A stretch of DNA of 64,000 nucleotides from Octopus vulgaris (taxonomy: Eukaryota), in NCBI GenBank assembly GCA_951406725.2, contig OX597814.1, positions 44,950,001-45,014,000 on the forward strand, in the 5' to 3' direction. Made by a program: the position numbers and the translations under genes. The notes beneath the pieces were generated by a model that was not told where the DNA came from, did no database searches, and saw only the letters and a list, made by a program, of their open reading frames with translations. Shown one piece after another: positions 25,701 through 41,319 of the stretch; the stretch's first letter is position 1, and every line of letters starts with the position of its first letter.

Positions 25701-25949
25701 GTTTTTTTTTTATGTTTGTGTGTCTGTGTTTGTCTTGCCCCACCATCGTTTGACAACCGATATTGGCGTGTTTACATCCCAGTAGCGTAGCGGTTCGGCA
25801 AAAGAGACCGATAGAATAAGTACTAGGCTTACAACGAATAAGTCTTGGGGTCGATTTGTTCGACTAAAGTTGGTCCCTCTGCATAGCCGCGGTCAAATGA
25901 CTGAAACAAATAAAAGTATAATGAGTATAGTTATTTTCAACACAGCGGT

Positions 25950-26215
25950 ACCTTATGTTTATCCTGAATAGTTTCGAAAGGGTTTTTTCAATGCATCTAT
26001 GAAACTCATAACTTGTGCTTGTTCAGAAAGTAGGTGTGTGTAATGTAGATATTTCCAGTGCAACATAGTTTCAGCATTCATTTTTTTCTACTCCGAGGTG
26101 ACCAATCCATATAGGATGGACGGTATACAATACACCACCCCTGAGATTGAAATCACTAATTGGAGTCGAAATATTTTTCCACCAGTTATAACTAATCCTA
26201 AAAATATAGATTTTT
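25950..26215 (-). pseudogene. Decayed PLE GIY-YIG endonuclease remnant
   Basis: LVITGGKIF...ISISGVVYCI..LY/IG pattern (ORF 26088-26303) resembles the PLE VIY.I.C..C..YIG motif. Confidence 0.4.
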
Positions 26216-26221
26216 GTAATA

Positions 26222-26543
26222 TTGTGGTTAGAGCGTCGAGCTTACGATCGTGAGGTTGTGAGCTCGAAACCCGGACCGGGTTGCGTGTTGTGTTCTCGAG
26301 CAAGGCACTTTATTTCACGTTGCCCCAGTTCACTCAGCTGTAGAAATGAGTTACGACGTCACTGGTGCCAAGCTGTATCGACCTTTGTCTTTCCCTTGGA
26401 TAACACTGGTGGCGTGGAGAGGGGAGGCTGGTATGCATGGGCGACTGCTGGTCTTCCATAAACAACCTTGCCCGGACTTGTGTCCAGGAGGGTAACTTTC
26501 TAGGTGCAATCCCATGGTCATTCATGACCGAAGGGGGTCTTTA
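26222..26543 (+). mobile_element. tRNA-derived CORE-like SINE
   Basis: gtggttagagcgtcgagc...gagctcgaaaccc, gcaaggcactttatttcacgttgccccagttcactcagctg; tail shared with 17838-18010. Confidence 0.8.
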
Positions 26544-27157
26544 CAGTAGACAAGAAGTATCAACATATACAAGATCGAGTTGGTAATGATCTTCATTTGT
26601 AACACTGATGTTTTAGTTAGGTTTTTTTTGTCTCAGACTAGAGAGAATGAGGAATGATCATCATACGAGTATGACTGTTTTCATGTTGTTGAATAGAAGT
26701 AAACTCTTATGTCCCAACTAGGAGTCTGCCTTTATGGGAGCAGTCTGTTGAAAGGTTTCTAGTGTGCATGTGTGGGATGTCTGTGTGCAACATGTTTAGG
26801 ATGAAATGAAGAAGTGTGTTACCTCCTGGAAGTGAACGTTGCTAGTAATGCTAGTAATGATAGTAGAGAGTTAGAATACAGGAAAAAAGTTTAGATCAGA
26901 GAGATCATCTTCAGTGCACCCAGTGACAGCACAGTCTAATGTCAAGTTTCCAATTCATAGCCAGAGAATCCTGTAAACACTGTGAGCAGAGTTTTAATAG
27001 ATGTTTGTTAGGGCAGCTTTTTAACAGGTTTAGCAACAAGGCCAGAATATTTATGATAAAGCAGTTTTATTTTAATACAGTTCTATATTTAAGAGATGAG
27101 GAATTATGTACATTATTTACAATAGACGGATATTTGTCCTCATCTTGTTTGTTGTAA

Positions 27158-27201
27158 ACACAACGTTTCAGCCGATATAACCTCCAGGCTTCATCAGGTG
27201 T
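27158..27201 (-). ncRNA. Minimal type I hammerhead ribozyme (left arm)
   Basis: ACAC / CUGAUGA / AGCC-13 nt-GGCU / GAAA-CGU-U / GUGU. Confidence 0.75.
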
Positions 27202-27266
27202 ATTTGGGAAATGTCGAACCTGGGTTCTCATTCCTAAGGTATTTTTCGATATTGTTGTTGTTGTTG

Positions 27267-27349
<83 letters not shown>

Positions 27350-27401
27350 GTTGTTGTTATTCAGGGTTTTTGTAGCCCGCGCTTTTAAACACTACGCTAT
27401 A

Positions 27402-27455
27402 TGGCGTAGTGTTAAGAGCGCGGGCAACTAACCCCAAGATTCCGAGTTCGATTCC
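27402..27455 (+). promoter_or_regulatory. tRNA-like internal Pol III promoter (A and B boxes)
   Basis: A-box-like tggcgtagtgtt at 27402-27413; B-box gagttcgattcc at 27444-27455; tRNA-like spacing. Confidence 0.7.
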
Positions 27456-27467
27456 AGGCAGTAACCA

Positions 27468-27556
<89 letters not shown>

Positions 27557-27605
27557 TCGAAAAATAACTTAGGAATGAGAACCCAGATTCTAAATTTTCC
27601 CAAGA

Positions 27606-27647
27606 CATCTGATGAAAGCTGGAGGGTGTATCAGCCGAAACGTTGTG
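27606..27647 (+). ncRNA. Minimal type I hammerhead (right arm, weakened stems)
   Basis: CAU / CUGAUGA-A / aGCUG-10 nt-CAGCc / GAAA-CGU-U / GUG. Confidence 0.65.
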
Positions 27648-29121
27648 AGGACAAATATCCGTCAGCAGTTTTATTTTCTTCTATATTTTTATTCGAGGTA
27701 TTTAGACTTAGTTTGCCGTTGAACAAAGCATTTATGAATAATTTGGTCTTATAATTATTGACACTTACTCTTCACTACATGAACATATAATTTATGAGCA
27801 AAGGCAATTGTTGTGATGGCATTTTTAAATTTCGAAAAAATTATGGAAGACGTTTTATGTCTAAGGAGGCATTCTTGGTTTTGCAAGATGTAAAATGTTA
27901 GTTTAACTCAGTATGTGATAACTTTGCAGTGCAAGCATAAACTAGAAATTTGAAAGCCATATGAATCAAAAGCTATTACCAAGCCGCTGTAACCAATTGC
28001 TACAACGGTTATATGAGGGAATGTCTAGTACAGTGGAAATTTAAGATCAAATTTCCAGGTATGTGTATGTTTAATAAACATACATACCAAAATATATATT
28101 GTCTATCAATAAGAATCCTTCCACAAATTTATGCTTTTTTAATTTCTCTTTCTTGATACAAGGCATCAGTATTTTCGTTTTCGTTTTCGTGTATTTAAAT
28201 ACAGTCTATTTAGCTTTTCATTCCGTCACGCTCTCTCCCACACTCTCTCGCTCTTTCCTACACTCTCTTGCTCTATTTTCGCTGATCTTTCAGTATACTT
28301 TGCATCTTATATATATCACCATACATTCCTCAAATCTTTCATTTCTCCCCTATAATTTGTTTGCATTTCTCTCGACTAGATACAATCGAATTTTGCGATA
28401 AGTATTTATGAGTTCATAAAATCCAAAGGAAAACCAGCTACACATTTTCATGCATAATAATGCAACCTACTCTATCCGTCATTATACTACTACCTGTTTA
28501 TCATAGTCTCAGTATCTATTAGTATTTACCATTCCTTCCCCCGCCCGCAAATATCATGGCTTTATATATTTTCCTACACTTTCACATTGTTTATTCCACA
28601 CGTAACCTTTCTTAAAATATATTTGTTACCGCGCCTCAGCTTCTCTGCTTTCAATATTTTTATGCACTACGTTTCCTGTCTTTTTTTTTATTTTTTCTTT
28701 CTATGCCAATTCCTTCTTCCTTTTGTTCCGACATATCTGGAGACTTCTCATTCATTTTAATATTTTTCTCTCAAAACTTGCAGCTGATATTCTCGTTTTA
28801 AACTAATTTATTTCAATTTATATTCAAACAGCCGCCGGCTATTATTTTTTCAAAAACGTTTACTTCCGTAATGTGTTGACAAGTTCTCACTACAGATATG
28901 ATTGGATTATTTAACGCATCTAATCCATTTCTACCGCAACAAAAATAAACAAACAATAGATGAGTAAATACGCCAACAAAATCAAATGCAAATATAATGT
29001 CGATTATCAAACAGCAACTACAGCGTCATTACCACCGCATCCATCATCCGCCTATTCTTGTTCCCAGTTATTATCATCACCACCATCGTCATCATCATCA
29101 TCATCAACATCCAAACCCTAA

Positions 29122-29169
<48 letters not shown>

Positions 29170-32100
29170 TAATAATAATAATAATATTCATCAACTACCA
29201 TAACATAATGACCACGAACAACAAGAACAGTAGAGCTAACAATAATCAAACATGTGGATGAAAATATCATCTTATAATCAAATACCAGAATTACTCCAAT
29301 GTTGTCTGCAGAAGCAAGACAACAACAGTTGAGTGAAATAATGCAGTCGTTATAGTGATGGTACGTTTTATTTTTAAAACAATCAGCCACCATCTGCTAC
29401 AAAAAGAGCGGCTGTTGATGCAATAATATTAATGTACAACATCAATACATCGTTATATCCAGATTGTTGTATTAGTATAAATGTGCCGATATAGACAGTA
29501 GTAAATAGTTATGCTGCCAACGTCCGATTGTCATGTTGCATAACAACAGCTACTATAAATATAAACAGCAATTATAAAATATGTGGAATGATTCCTATAA
29601 ATCAGAACACTGCAAGAGAAGAAACAACGAAGTTCATACACCAATAATCTTTCTTAAATCTTTAGATATAGGAAATGTATAAACCTCTAAAAACATAATA
29701 ATTTCATGGATAAACGTTTCAACTAATCTGGAAACGTCGCAGTGAAAGCTAAACGGATTTCAAATTAATGAAAACATACTGGCAATAATCAGAAATCAAA
29801 TGTAATGACACTATCATCACCAACACCACCACTACCAATACCTCTGATACTAACTAGTGGTGGTGGCCCAGGTGATAGTGATGGTGGTATCGATTTATCG
29901 AATAATTATCGTTGCTAATTTTATAAGTGTGAAGACACGTTGCTTTGTGGTTAGGAAATTTGGACTCATGGTCGTACGATTGTGGTTTCGATTTCTGGAC
30001 CAAGCAATGCGTTGTGTTGTTTAGTAAAACACCTCATTTCACTCAAGTGGTAAAAAGGAATAACTCTGTGTCCCGCCCGGTGGTGAAATTTATACGTGAT
30101 AGAAACCTTATGAGTGTCTATGAGTCGGGAAGGAGCTTTAGCTTTTATTTTTATTAGTAGAAAGAGGGGAAATTATTGGGTAATTCACAGTACCTTATAG
30201 TAAGTCCCTTTGCAAAATGAATGACGGGATGGGGAGAACCACATTTTCTGCACCCAAGTATGCACCCCAAACAAATATGTATTGGACGCAATTTTTACTA
30301 TTTCAATCCTGATTTGTATAAACGGAGAATAAAGTACCTTGTCCTGCATAAGGCGAATGATGTTATACGTAAGGGTCCTGCAATAACTAGAAAAAGCAGT
30401 TCTGATACTCAGGAAAAATATTACTGCCGAAATTCTTAACGAAATTTATTACAAGCATATTACAGGGTGATACTATTCCCGACATCAATGTCAATTATGC
30501 TATTTTATACAGAATAAAAGTAGCAATCAAATAGGAATAAGTGAAATTTGTAGTCTGTTTCAAAAATATCACAAAATTCTGTTTAAGAAAATAGTCGAAA
30601 CTTGTGAGACAATAGCAAGAAAAGTAAAAGATTATCTGATCAATATAAAAATGGAGTAGTGTAACATCATTTGAATCTGATAATTTGGAGACCCTGTATA
30701 TGAGATTTGTTGCTCTCTAAAGAAATTCAGTGTCACTCACAGCAAAATAATTGCATGATAATTGATCATTACTTATGATAATCGCATGGTATTTAGTTAA
30801 CATGAAATTTAACAGAAATGTTATATATTTTGACAGAACAATAATTATCATAATTATTAACACACTTGAAGGAATGTGTTTACCCTTGCTTTTTAGCATT
30901 AGATCGCTACGTAAAAAAAATTTATTAATATTTACTATACTAAGTTAGAGTTGAAAGGATATTTAATAGTACACACTACTTTAAAGATTAAGTAGATCTA
31001 TTGCAAGAAAAGTAGATAAACGGATACCATTGAGAACCAGTGAACAGTTTAAGACCTCAATTTTTAAAGTTGCCTATATTTCCTTAATGATATCAAAATC
31101 TAATCATTGGCAATGTGATTTGTGCTGGCATCAAATATAATAAATCAATTCTCAGAGCAGCGATGAAGCTAGGCTAGATTTTTAACGGTTAAAGTTTATG
31201 CGAAGCCAACATCTAAAGTGGTTATAAATGACAGGTTTTATGATCACAGATATAATTTTATGTTGCCCAATCTTTCACGAGTTAAAAGATTCAGATATCA
31301 CTGAGAAATGATTGTTTGCTTAGATTAAAAGTCTAAACTGGATAAGAAGCTTGAACGAAGTTTAGATATCTTAAATAATATCCAATTTTCGATAAGTGCA
31401 TGATACTTTGTAACATAACATATTCATAGAAATATAGCAATTTTATAAAATTCCTTTCAGTCGTTCAACCTCAATTCAATTCTTTTTTCCTCACATATAT
31501 GCCCCAAGAGTTTTTACTACAAACACTAAAATGTATTCGAGAAAGAGCACACTAGCATTTCACAGATAATATATGTCTTTATGTGATTGTGTGTTTATGT
31601 CAAAGAGAATAAAATGTTTTGCACGATATCTCGATTTAATGACGGCTATGTCATGTGTCCTCAAGAGAATCAAACTTCTACACCAATGCTGTTATATAGC
31701 AGCATGTGCTGAATTGTATTATGATTATTTAGTCTTAATACAGCTATAGTACATATTTCTCTAGTTATAATTTGACTTTACGTTACGAAATCTAGAGGTA
31801 ACAACTAATCCAATTCGTTCAGATCATTTTAAAGGCAACTATTTTAAGTTTAGTTATGCTTTATAAATTCGGTATATACACATTTTAAACAGGAATGAAT
31901 GCTGTACACATGCTTATATGCACAGCTAAACATGAAATATAAAATTTTAAATTAATATTATATAAAGAAACTAGGAATGCGACGAGCTATGTTGCTGTCG
32001 CAGTTGATGGACATTATGTTGTACAACTAAATTTGTACAACAATAATGTTGTACAACAATAATGACAAACATAAATTATCAAAATAAAATAAGATATCAT

Positions 32101-33699
32101 ATATGAATAAATGTTTATATAATTTGTGGAAATAATATCCATTGTGTTTGCTAAATTGCAGTGTTACGTAAGTATTTCTATAAGGATAGAACACGAATGG
32201 CCATAAAAACTAAAAGTTCCGAGATATTGTAGTCACATGGTATAGAAATGTATCGATAATATATGCTTTGGTAATGGTTTGAAACCAAAATATTTTATGC
32301 ATTTTGCAAATCATAATAATGCAAAATTTTATAAAAATTTGAATTACGCAATCATTTTCAGATATGTTTCCCATTTCTTATTTTAGTTACTATGTATTTA
32401 TGTATTTTTTGTGTTTTTTATGCTTAAGTTTGTTTGTGTGTGTGAGTGTGTGAGCGTGTGTGTGCGTAAGTGCAGAGTGGTCGTGCTATCAATATTATAG
32501 TTAAGATTTCTAAATAAAATACATAATTCTACTTTAATTATCTTTGTTTCATCATAGGCTGCAGTTTACAATAATACATGAATATCTCGTTCGAATGTAA
32601 TTATCTCTGGTGACCTAAAAAGCAAAATCGATAATTGTATTACTGATTCATAAGCAAATAAAATATATTATAGCGATCAGCTTATGTAGTAATGTTTTGA
32701 TTGGATATTGTAGATTTTAAATATGAATAAATGACTGAATAAATAAAATTATTCTACTAATGGTTCTGCTTACATTATATCTGAATATAGATTACTGTGA
32801 ACAAAAATTGAGAAGTTGAAGTCTGTCCATATTTCTGCAAGGCAAGTAAGTAGAATTGTCTCAATTAAATTGTGTGAAATTAACCTGGCATGAAATAAAT
32901 TAGGATATAGAACTACTTCAAATGCAGCACAAAATTTTGTAAAGGCTGTACTATCGTTCACTTTATTTACCTGGTCAACTTTCTTCACAGATTTGGCGAT
33001 TATGACTCACATAGACTATGAGAATATTTGACTTATTGAATGCCATGTGATCAAAATGAATAGACAACTTGCAATACTGAAGTTCTAACCCCCAAAGTTT
33101 TCTTCACTTCAGTGATCTTTTCTTCAATGTGTCAACTGAATATTCTTGCACTTTTATACGTTTTCAAATATGACCTTATCTTTCGGGACCTTAGAAAATT
33201 TAGGATTTTATTTGTCAGAGACGGACGTTAAAAATACACCAGTATTGAACGTTTTCATGAAAAGCGCGCGCTTGTCCTTTGATTAGCTTATTAGTCGGCC
33301 AGATGATATTGTATGCTTACTAGGTGCATGCCAAGTGATATCTGCTAAGTCAATTTGAATTTCCAACGGAACTTTTTTAGTATTTCAGACGGATCTTTTT
33401 AAATCGAATGCTCAAAAACGTTTCAAGTGTTCATCCACTCATTGGATAGCTACATAGAACCTTAGGGAATCAATACTGCCCACTATGCCAAACTTTGTTT
33501 TCATTTCATTTTATTCAAATTATTTTGTAATTTTAAAGCAAAAACTACTTAGTTGGTAATAAAAACTGGAGACATAACTGAAATTATATATTGAATATCA
33601 AATATTTTATGAAAATTGCTATTTTATGAATTCAAAGGATAAAGCATTCCATATATTTACTTCACATCTTTAGGAATCCTTGCCATCATTGAGGAATCT

Positions 33700-33916
33700 T
33701 TTTACTTTCGTCTTTTATTTGTTTCAGTCATTTGACTGCGTCCATGCTACGGGACCGCCTTCGAGAGTTTTTAGTCGAATGAACCGACCTCAGTACATAT
33801 ATTTTTTAAGTCTGGTACTTATTATATCGGTCTCTTTGGCCGAACTGCTAAGTTGCGGGACGTAAACACACCAACGCCACTTGTCAAGTGATAATGGGTA
33901 CAAGCACACATGCACG

Positions 33917-33968
<52 letters not shown>

Positions 33969-34073
33969 AAGAGAGAGATACAACGGGCTTCTTTCAGTTT
34001 CCGTCTACCAACTACTATATTAGAAGACACTTGCCCAAGGTACTACGTGTGTTTGGGAAGCAAACTTCTTCTC
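33700..34073 (-). mobile_element. Family A SINE, internally deleted
   Basis: tgtttcagtcatttgactgcg ... gaagacacttgcccaagg ... catgcctgcgcc. Confidence 0.8.
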
Positions 34074-35059
34074 ACACTGTCATGCCTGCGCCTCATAATG
34101 TTTTCTCTAAACATTGAAAAGCCTTCGAGTAGTTTTGAAGGGCTTTGCTCTCTTTACTTCTTGCCTTTTTATTTTTACCAATTTGATCAAATTCTCACCC
34201 AGCTTCGTCTGTGTTAACGATAAAGCTAAATATTGTCACAAAATCGTCAAGCGTATAATCCACTAAAAATACATGAGGAGTCAGTAATACCTTTTCAAAC
34301 ATTTGAAGCATATTTACAGGGAAAACTGCATCTAATCTTCAAACACTCAGTGAGGCTTAGGGGATTAACAAAGAAACAACTGCTTCAGTTCTGTCATATC
34401 TAACGTTCTTACTATGACTTCGTTTTCCAGCATTACTGCGCTATGATATTCGCAAAGATAGTTAAAAGTCTGTATTTCAGGAAGTTTACAACGAAAATAA
34501 AAAGCTTGTCAACATAGGGACTAAAATGTATAACAGGAGGCGGGGGTCTTACTTTTTAGGTTTCAACCTCTGGCCTTGCGATACAGTATGGAACCTGAAA
34601 TTTTTTCCAAGACAATATACTTACAAGATAACGTAATATGAAGTCTCAATCAGCGCTCAACGGTTCCAGTGCGTAAGATTGACTCCAAACATAAGTATTT
34701 AATCTTAAGTATTTACATTTCTCAAGTACGAATACTTTATCGTAAAGAACTCAGCATTAATTAGATATGGAAATTAAGACTATATGTTTTACATGAAATA
34801 TAATACTCGGTTATGCGTTATTATTTTCAATGTAAAGCATAGAGTTCTGTGGCTGAAAATTTAACGTTGGCTCGAATCCTGCCAAGATTATGCCAAGTCC
34901 ATGGCCAAGTTGATCGAAGTCGCAACAGCACAGGTTTTCTTCCTGGAAATTGATGGCCTTGAATATCTATATAATCATACAAGGATTTAAAAAGACGCAC
35001 AGTGAAACATGATGAAACCAGGGGGAACGATTACACATGCATACACACACACACACACA

Positions 35060-35125
<66 letters not shown>

Positions 35126-36104
35126 GAAAACACAAACACAGAAATACACACACATGACTCTATATATGCGTTTACATTTGTACTGGCGTATTTACTATCA
35201 AAGACAAAATCAGAAAGACAAGAATATACCGAAAATCTGCTCTTCTTCTCATGTTCCCTACAATATTTCGAAGACTAATATTTCGCAAGAAATTCATTAC
35301 ACACTAGAATAAATAGTTACTGATATTCCTCGCGACCATTTCTGAAACCAGAAAACTGTAAATAATAAATAAATAAATATTTTAATATAAATGAATTGGG
35401 AATTGCAATGCTGCGTCCAATTAATATTTCAGCAATTTCCCATCATTAACCAACATAGCGTAACATATCTGACAAAATTGTTGCTGGAACTCATTTGGAA
35501 TTATTATGACAAATAGATCACAGAATACTGAAGCTAAAAGATCATGTCAGCATTTAAAAACACTTCTCTACATATACTGATCACTGAAGCAGAAGTGATT
35601 CGGCATGTATACATATAAATACAATTATTAAATGACTGATATAGATGTATATACATGTCTGTGTGTGCGCGCGTGCATGTGTGTGTGTGTGTGTGTGTAT
35701 ACATGTCTATACGTACGTATTCAATACAAAAAGTATCTGCAATTCTTTCTGTAAATTTTATTTATATGTGTGTTTATGTGTGTACAAGAATATGTGTACA
35801 CACATACACACACGCACACATACATACACATACACTCATGCAAACATACACACATCTTCATGTATACAAATATACGTTTTCAAATGTATTTACATGAGTA
35901 TATATATATTGAAACTAGCTTTCGAATGAGTATTTAAAAAGTGTCCCGCTTTATTCGTTTATTTTCATGAATTTTGTTTGAATGACTCATACACATGCAC
36001 ATACAATATATGTATTATATATATATATATATGTGTGTGTGTGTCTAGAGAGAGAGTGAGAGAGAGAGAGAGAAAGACACTTATGCATCTACATACACAC
36101 ACAC

Positions 36105-36157
<53 letters not shown>

Positions 36158-36163
<6 letters not shown>

Positions 36164-36415
36164 GACAAGGGCAGACATTGATATTAATCAATTAAAACCA
36201 GTGGCTTAGCATATTTGTTTTTAAATCCGAAGATTACAAACTATATTACATACAAAATTTAGATGACTGACCACTAAAAGTGAACAACATATACATTTTT
36301 ACATTTTGGTTTTCTGCTGAGATTTTTCTTGAGAACACATTCTTCGTGGTAATGGCGATTTGACGTCTATGTTTAGCATATAAGCTGTCCACTTTTAGTG
36401 GTCAGTCCTCTAAAT

Positions 36416-36420
<5 letters not shown>
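36158..36420. mobile_element. Inverted (head-to-head) pair of family P repeat between (TA)n tracts
   Basis: gactgaccactaaaagtg (about 36265-36282) versus cacttttagtggtcagtc (about 36389-36406); both arms match 21713-21882. Confidence 0.7.
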
Positions 36421-38790
<2,370 letters not shown>

Positions 38791-39542
38791 TATGGAACTG
38801 CCGGGAGTTGATATAATTATATATAGAAAGATGCACAAACATAAGCTAACACACACATTCATACACTAACGTACGTGATCGATTTACTGTTTATTCTCTC
38901 CTATTAATCGCAGCTTCAGAGGATAACTAGCCTAAATTAGTGGAAGTTTGAATATTAAAAAAGTTACTTTATATCTCTCCAACAGAGATAAATCGTACCT
39001 AGTGCATTAGCTTTTTCCACGTGACCTGTCAAAATAGTAGACCTCGGTTACCATATATTTTTATAAGATTTGTATTTTTTTTTTTTCAAATATAATATTA
39101 ATATATTTTTATTTATATATATGAATTTTACTTTTTTAGTTTATTATGATGGCGTCTGCGATGGAAATTACACTGCAACCTTTTAAATCATGTTTTATGG
39201 CTATCATTATTGTATTTTAACGTAAGAGAAAAGCTCTAACGGTCTTGTAATAATTGGTTTAAACTCCGCCACCAAACGGTTCATATTTCACACACCATTT
39301 TTCTCATTCCCTCTTTTTCATTCTTATTTCTTTCATATTTGTTTGTCTTTTGCAATTATTTTATTTATCATTTGCTTTTGTGTTATTCTGTCATCCTTCC
39401 TTTTTCGTTTTTACATTTCCTTCAGGCTTATTTCTCTCTTTATCTCTATCATTCTTATTCTATTTTATTTTCATCTTCTCTAATATTTTTCTCTTCACAT
39501 ACATACACATTACATACACATACATATATATGCAAGTCTATG

Positions 39543-39598
<56 letters not shown>

Positions 39599-40929
39599 GT
39601 GAAATATTTGTTTTGCTGTTTAAAAATCGACGGATTTATTTCGCTTTAGTTCAGCAGTGATTTATTCTATCACCTCAAGAGTAGTAATAAAAGAAAAGTG
39701 GTAACGCTAATTATGTTGCACAGACTTGGTGGTTTGATTTATGTTTTCTTGTTTCTAGCTGCTCGTCATGGTATTGGCTTTCACTTTGAATTCACACCAC
39801 GGAAGAACAAGAACGAACCTATCCCCTGAAACTGTAGTCTAGTGCTTTTTTTATTTATTTTAACGTAATCTATCCCCGTTTAATTATCATTAGTAATGTT
39901 GTTTCACTGGAAACTGGTTGTGATGTATAAGATTGAGTTACATACTTAGCAATAAATAATGATTAATTCTTTTGTGACCTTGCTGAAATTGCTGTGAAGT
40001 TTTATAATATAACAGCAAAGATTTAGCATTTTTCTGCTTAATATGAACGAAACAGTCTAGTGAGTAGTATCCATTGACAACAACTAATTTGTAGGTATAA
40101 AGTTTAAAGTTTAATTCAGAAAGGAGTTCATTAATTAATGATGGCTGTGCCTGTTGAGTTTAAATTGAAATGTGCTGTTGCACACCACAGGTCAAGTAAT
40201 GAGAATTAAAACTAGGATTCATTAAAGTGATGATTCGGGATTCAAAGTTCTGAATTGGAACCATTCACTGAAGATGCTTAAAATTTGCCGACTGCAGCTC
40301 TGTAAATATATAAATCGTCGTTAATGTTACTGCGCAGTAACTAATTTAATAATTATGATACCGAAACACCGAAGTTGGTCGTACCACGAGAAAGAACGTA
40401 CGCACATAAACACAGCGTACACATATGTACACAAATGCATGCACACAAACACACACACATCCTACACACACGTACCTACACATACCTTTGTATATATTTA
40501 AGTCGCACTAAAACAAAAGCGTTGTGCAACATACATTGTATTTATGCCATGTAGGTTCGAGTTTATGGATGTATGTTTGGAGAAAATGGGATTTTTAAAA
40601 TTATGTAATGGTTTCATAGTAGTAACTTTATGGTATTAATGTATAACATATAAAGACTAAAAGCTTCAAGCAACCATGAAAGCTATTTCAGTTTCGTAGG
40701 CTAAACAAAAACTGTGAAGAATTTCATTAGGATTAATACCTATTTCGTGATTGTAGGCTTAACCCAGGTGCCGTTTACCGTGGCCAAATGACATATGGAT
40801 GATGTTAGAAGAGTCAAAATATTATAACTAATATTATGGTCTGAATATATAATTAATCTAGTTCTTCTTCTCTCTGCCCCGTCTTTACCGGAATCCCTGC
40901 AAAAAAAGTTAAAATTGTTGCTGGTAGTG

Positions 40930-41215
40930 TTGTGTATCGTTTCAATTTCATGTACCTTGTTAAGAAGTGTTTGGACACAGAAGAATATAATTTTATGACG
41001 TTGAATTGAATGAACATGAAGTTGGTCTTCTTTTTAATACTACTGTGACAATCCACCACAGCATTGCTGTTATTCCGTCGTACATTAGAGGCTATTCTAA
41101 TTTTGTAAGTTATGTTGTTTAAGATGTGTTTACCAAGTATGTGAAGTATATTCATCACAGGTTAAGAAACCTATTTACAAGTACTACCAGTTGTTTCGTA
41201 AAAAGAACGTCAGTA
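40930..41215 (-). pseudogene. Neptune-type PLE reverse transcriptase remnant
   Basis: KHILNNITYKIR...NSNAVVD..SSIKKKTNFMFIQFNVIKLYSSVSK resembles K.ILD.IN..IR...W.N...VI.WF..I..K...FIQFDI..FYPSIS. Confidence 0.7.
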
Positions 41216-41319
41216 TTAAATATACATAGCTGAATATAAAATGTTGCTGCATACTAACGAACAAACATTGTACAGCCAATCAGATTGCTATCCTGATATC
41301 CAAATGATATTCCATAACT

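Larger units (their letters stand above)
23637..25920 (+). mobile_element. Family A SINE interrupted in its head by two retroelement insertions
   Basis: Head ggcgaaggagtggctgtgtggtaagtagcttgcttac at 23637-23673; SINE 3' part resumes at about 25712-25920. Confidence 0.7.
27074..27663. mobile_element. Head-to-head palindromic tRNA-headed element with (AAT)n spacers and a hammerhead in each arm; 14-bp TSD
   Basis: TSD agcagttttatttt at 27060-27073 and 27664-27677; symmetry centre 27400/27401; arms 27125-27252 and 27555-27663 are inverted homologues. Confidence 0.85.

Noticed and set aside
27402-27470. tRNA gene
   Set aside because: A and B boxes are present but there is no acceptor stem or full cloverleaf; treated as a SINE-type head. 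The same applies to the other SINE heads.
30461-30698. Possible Tc1-like MITE (ta-cagggt...accctg-ta)
   Set aside because: Only about 6 bp of terminal complementarity; could be chance.
32790-33030. Exon-intron-exon pattern (gtaagt donor near 32845, ttcttcacag acceptor near 32989)
   Set aside because: Stops in all three frames of the first exon and no supporting evidence.
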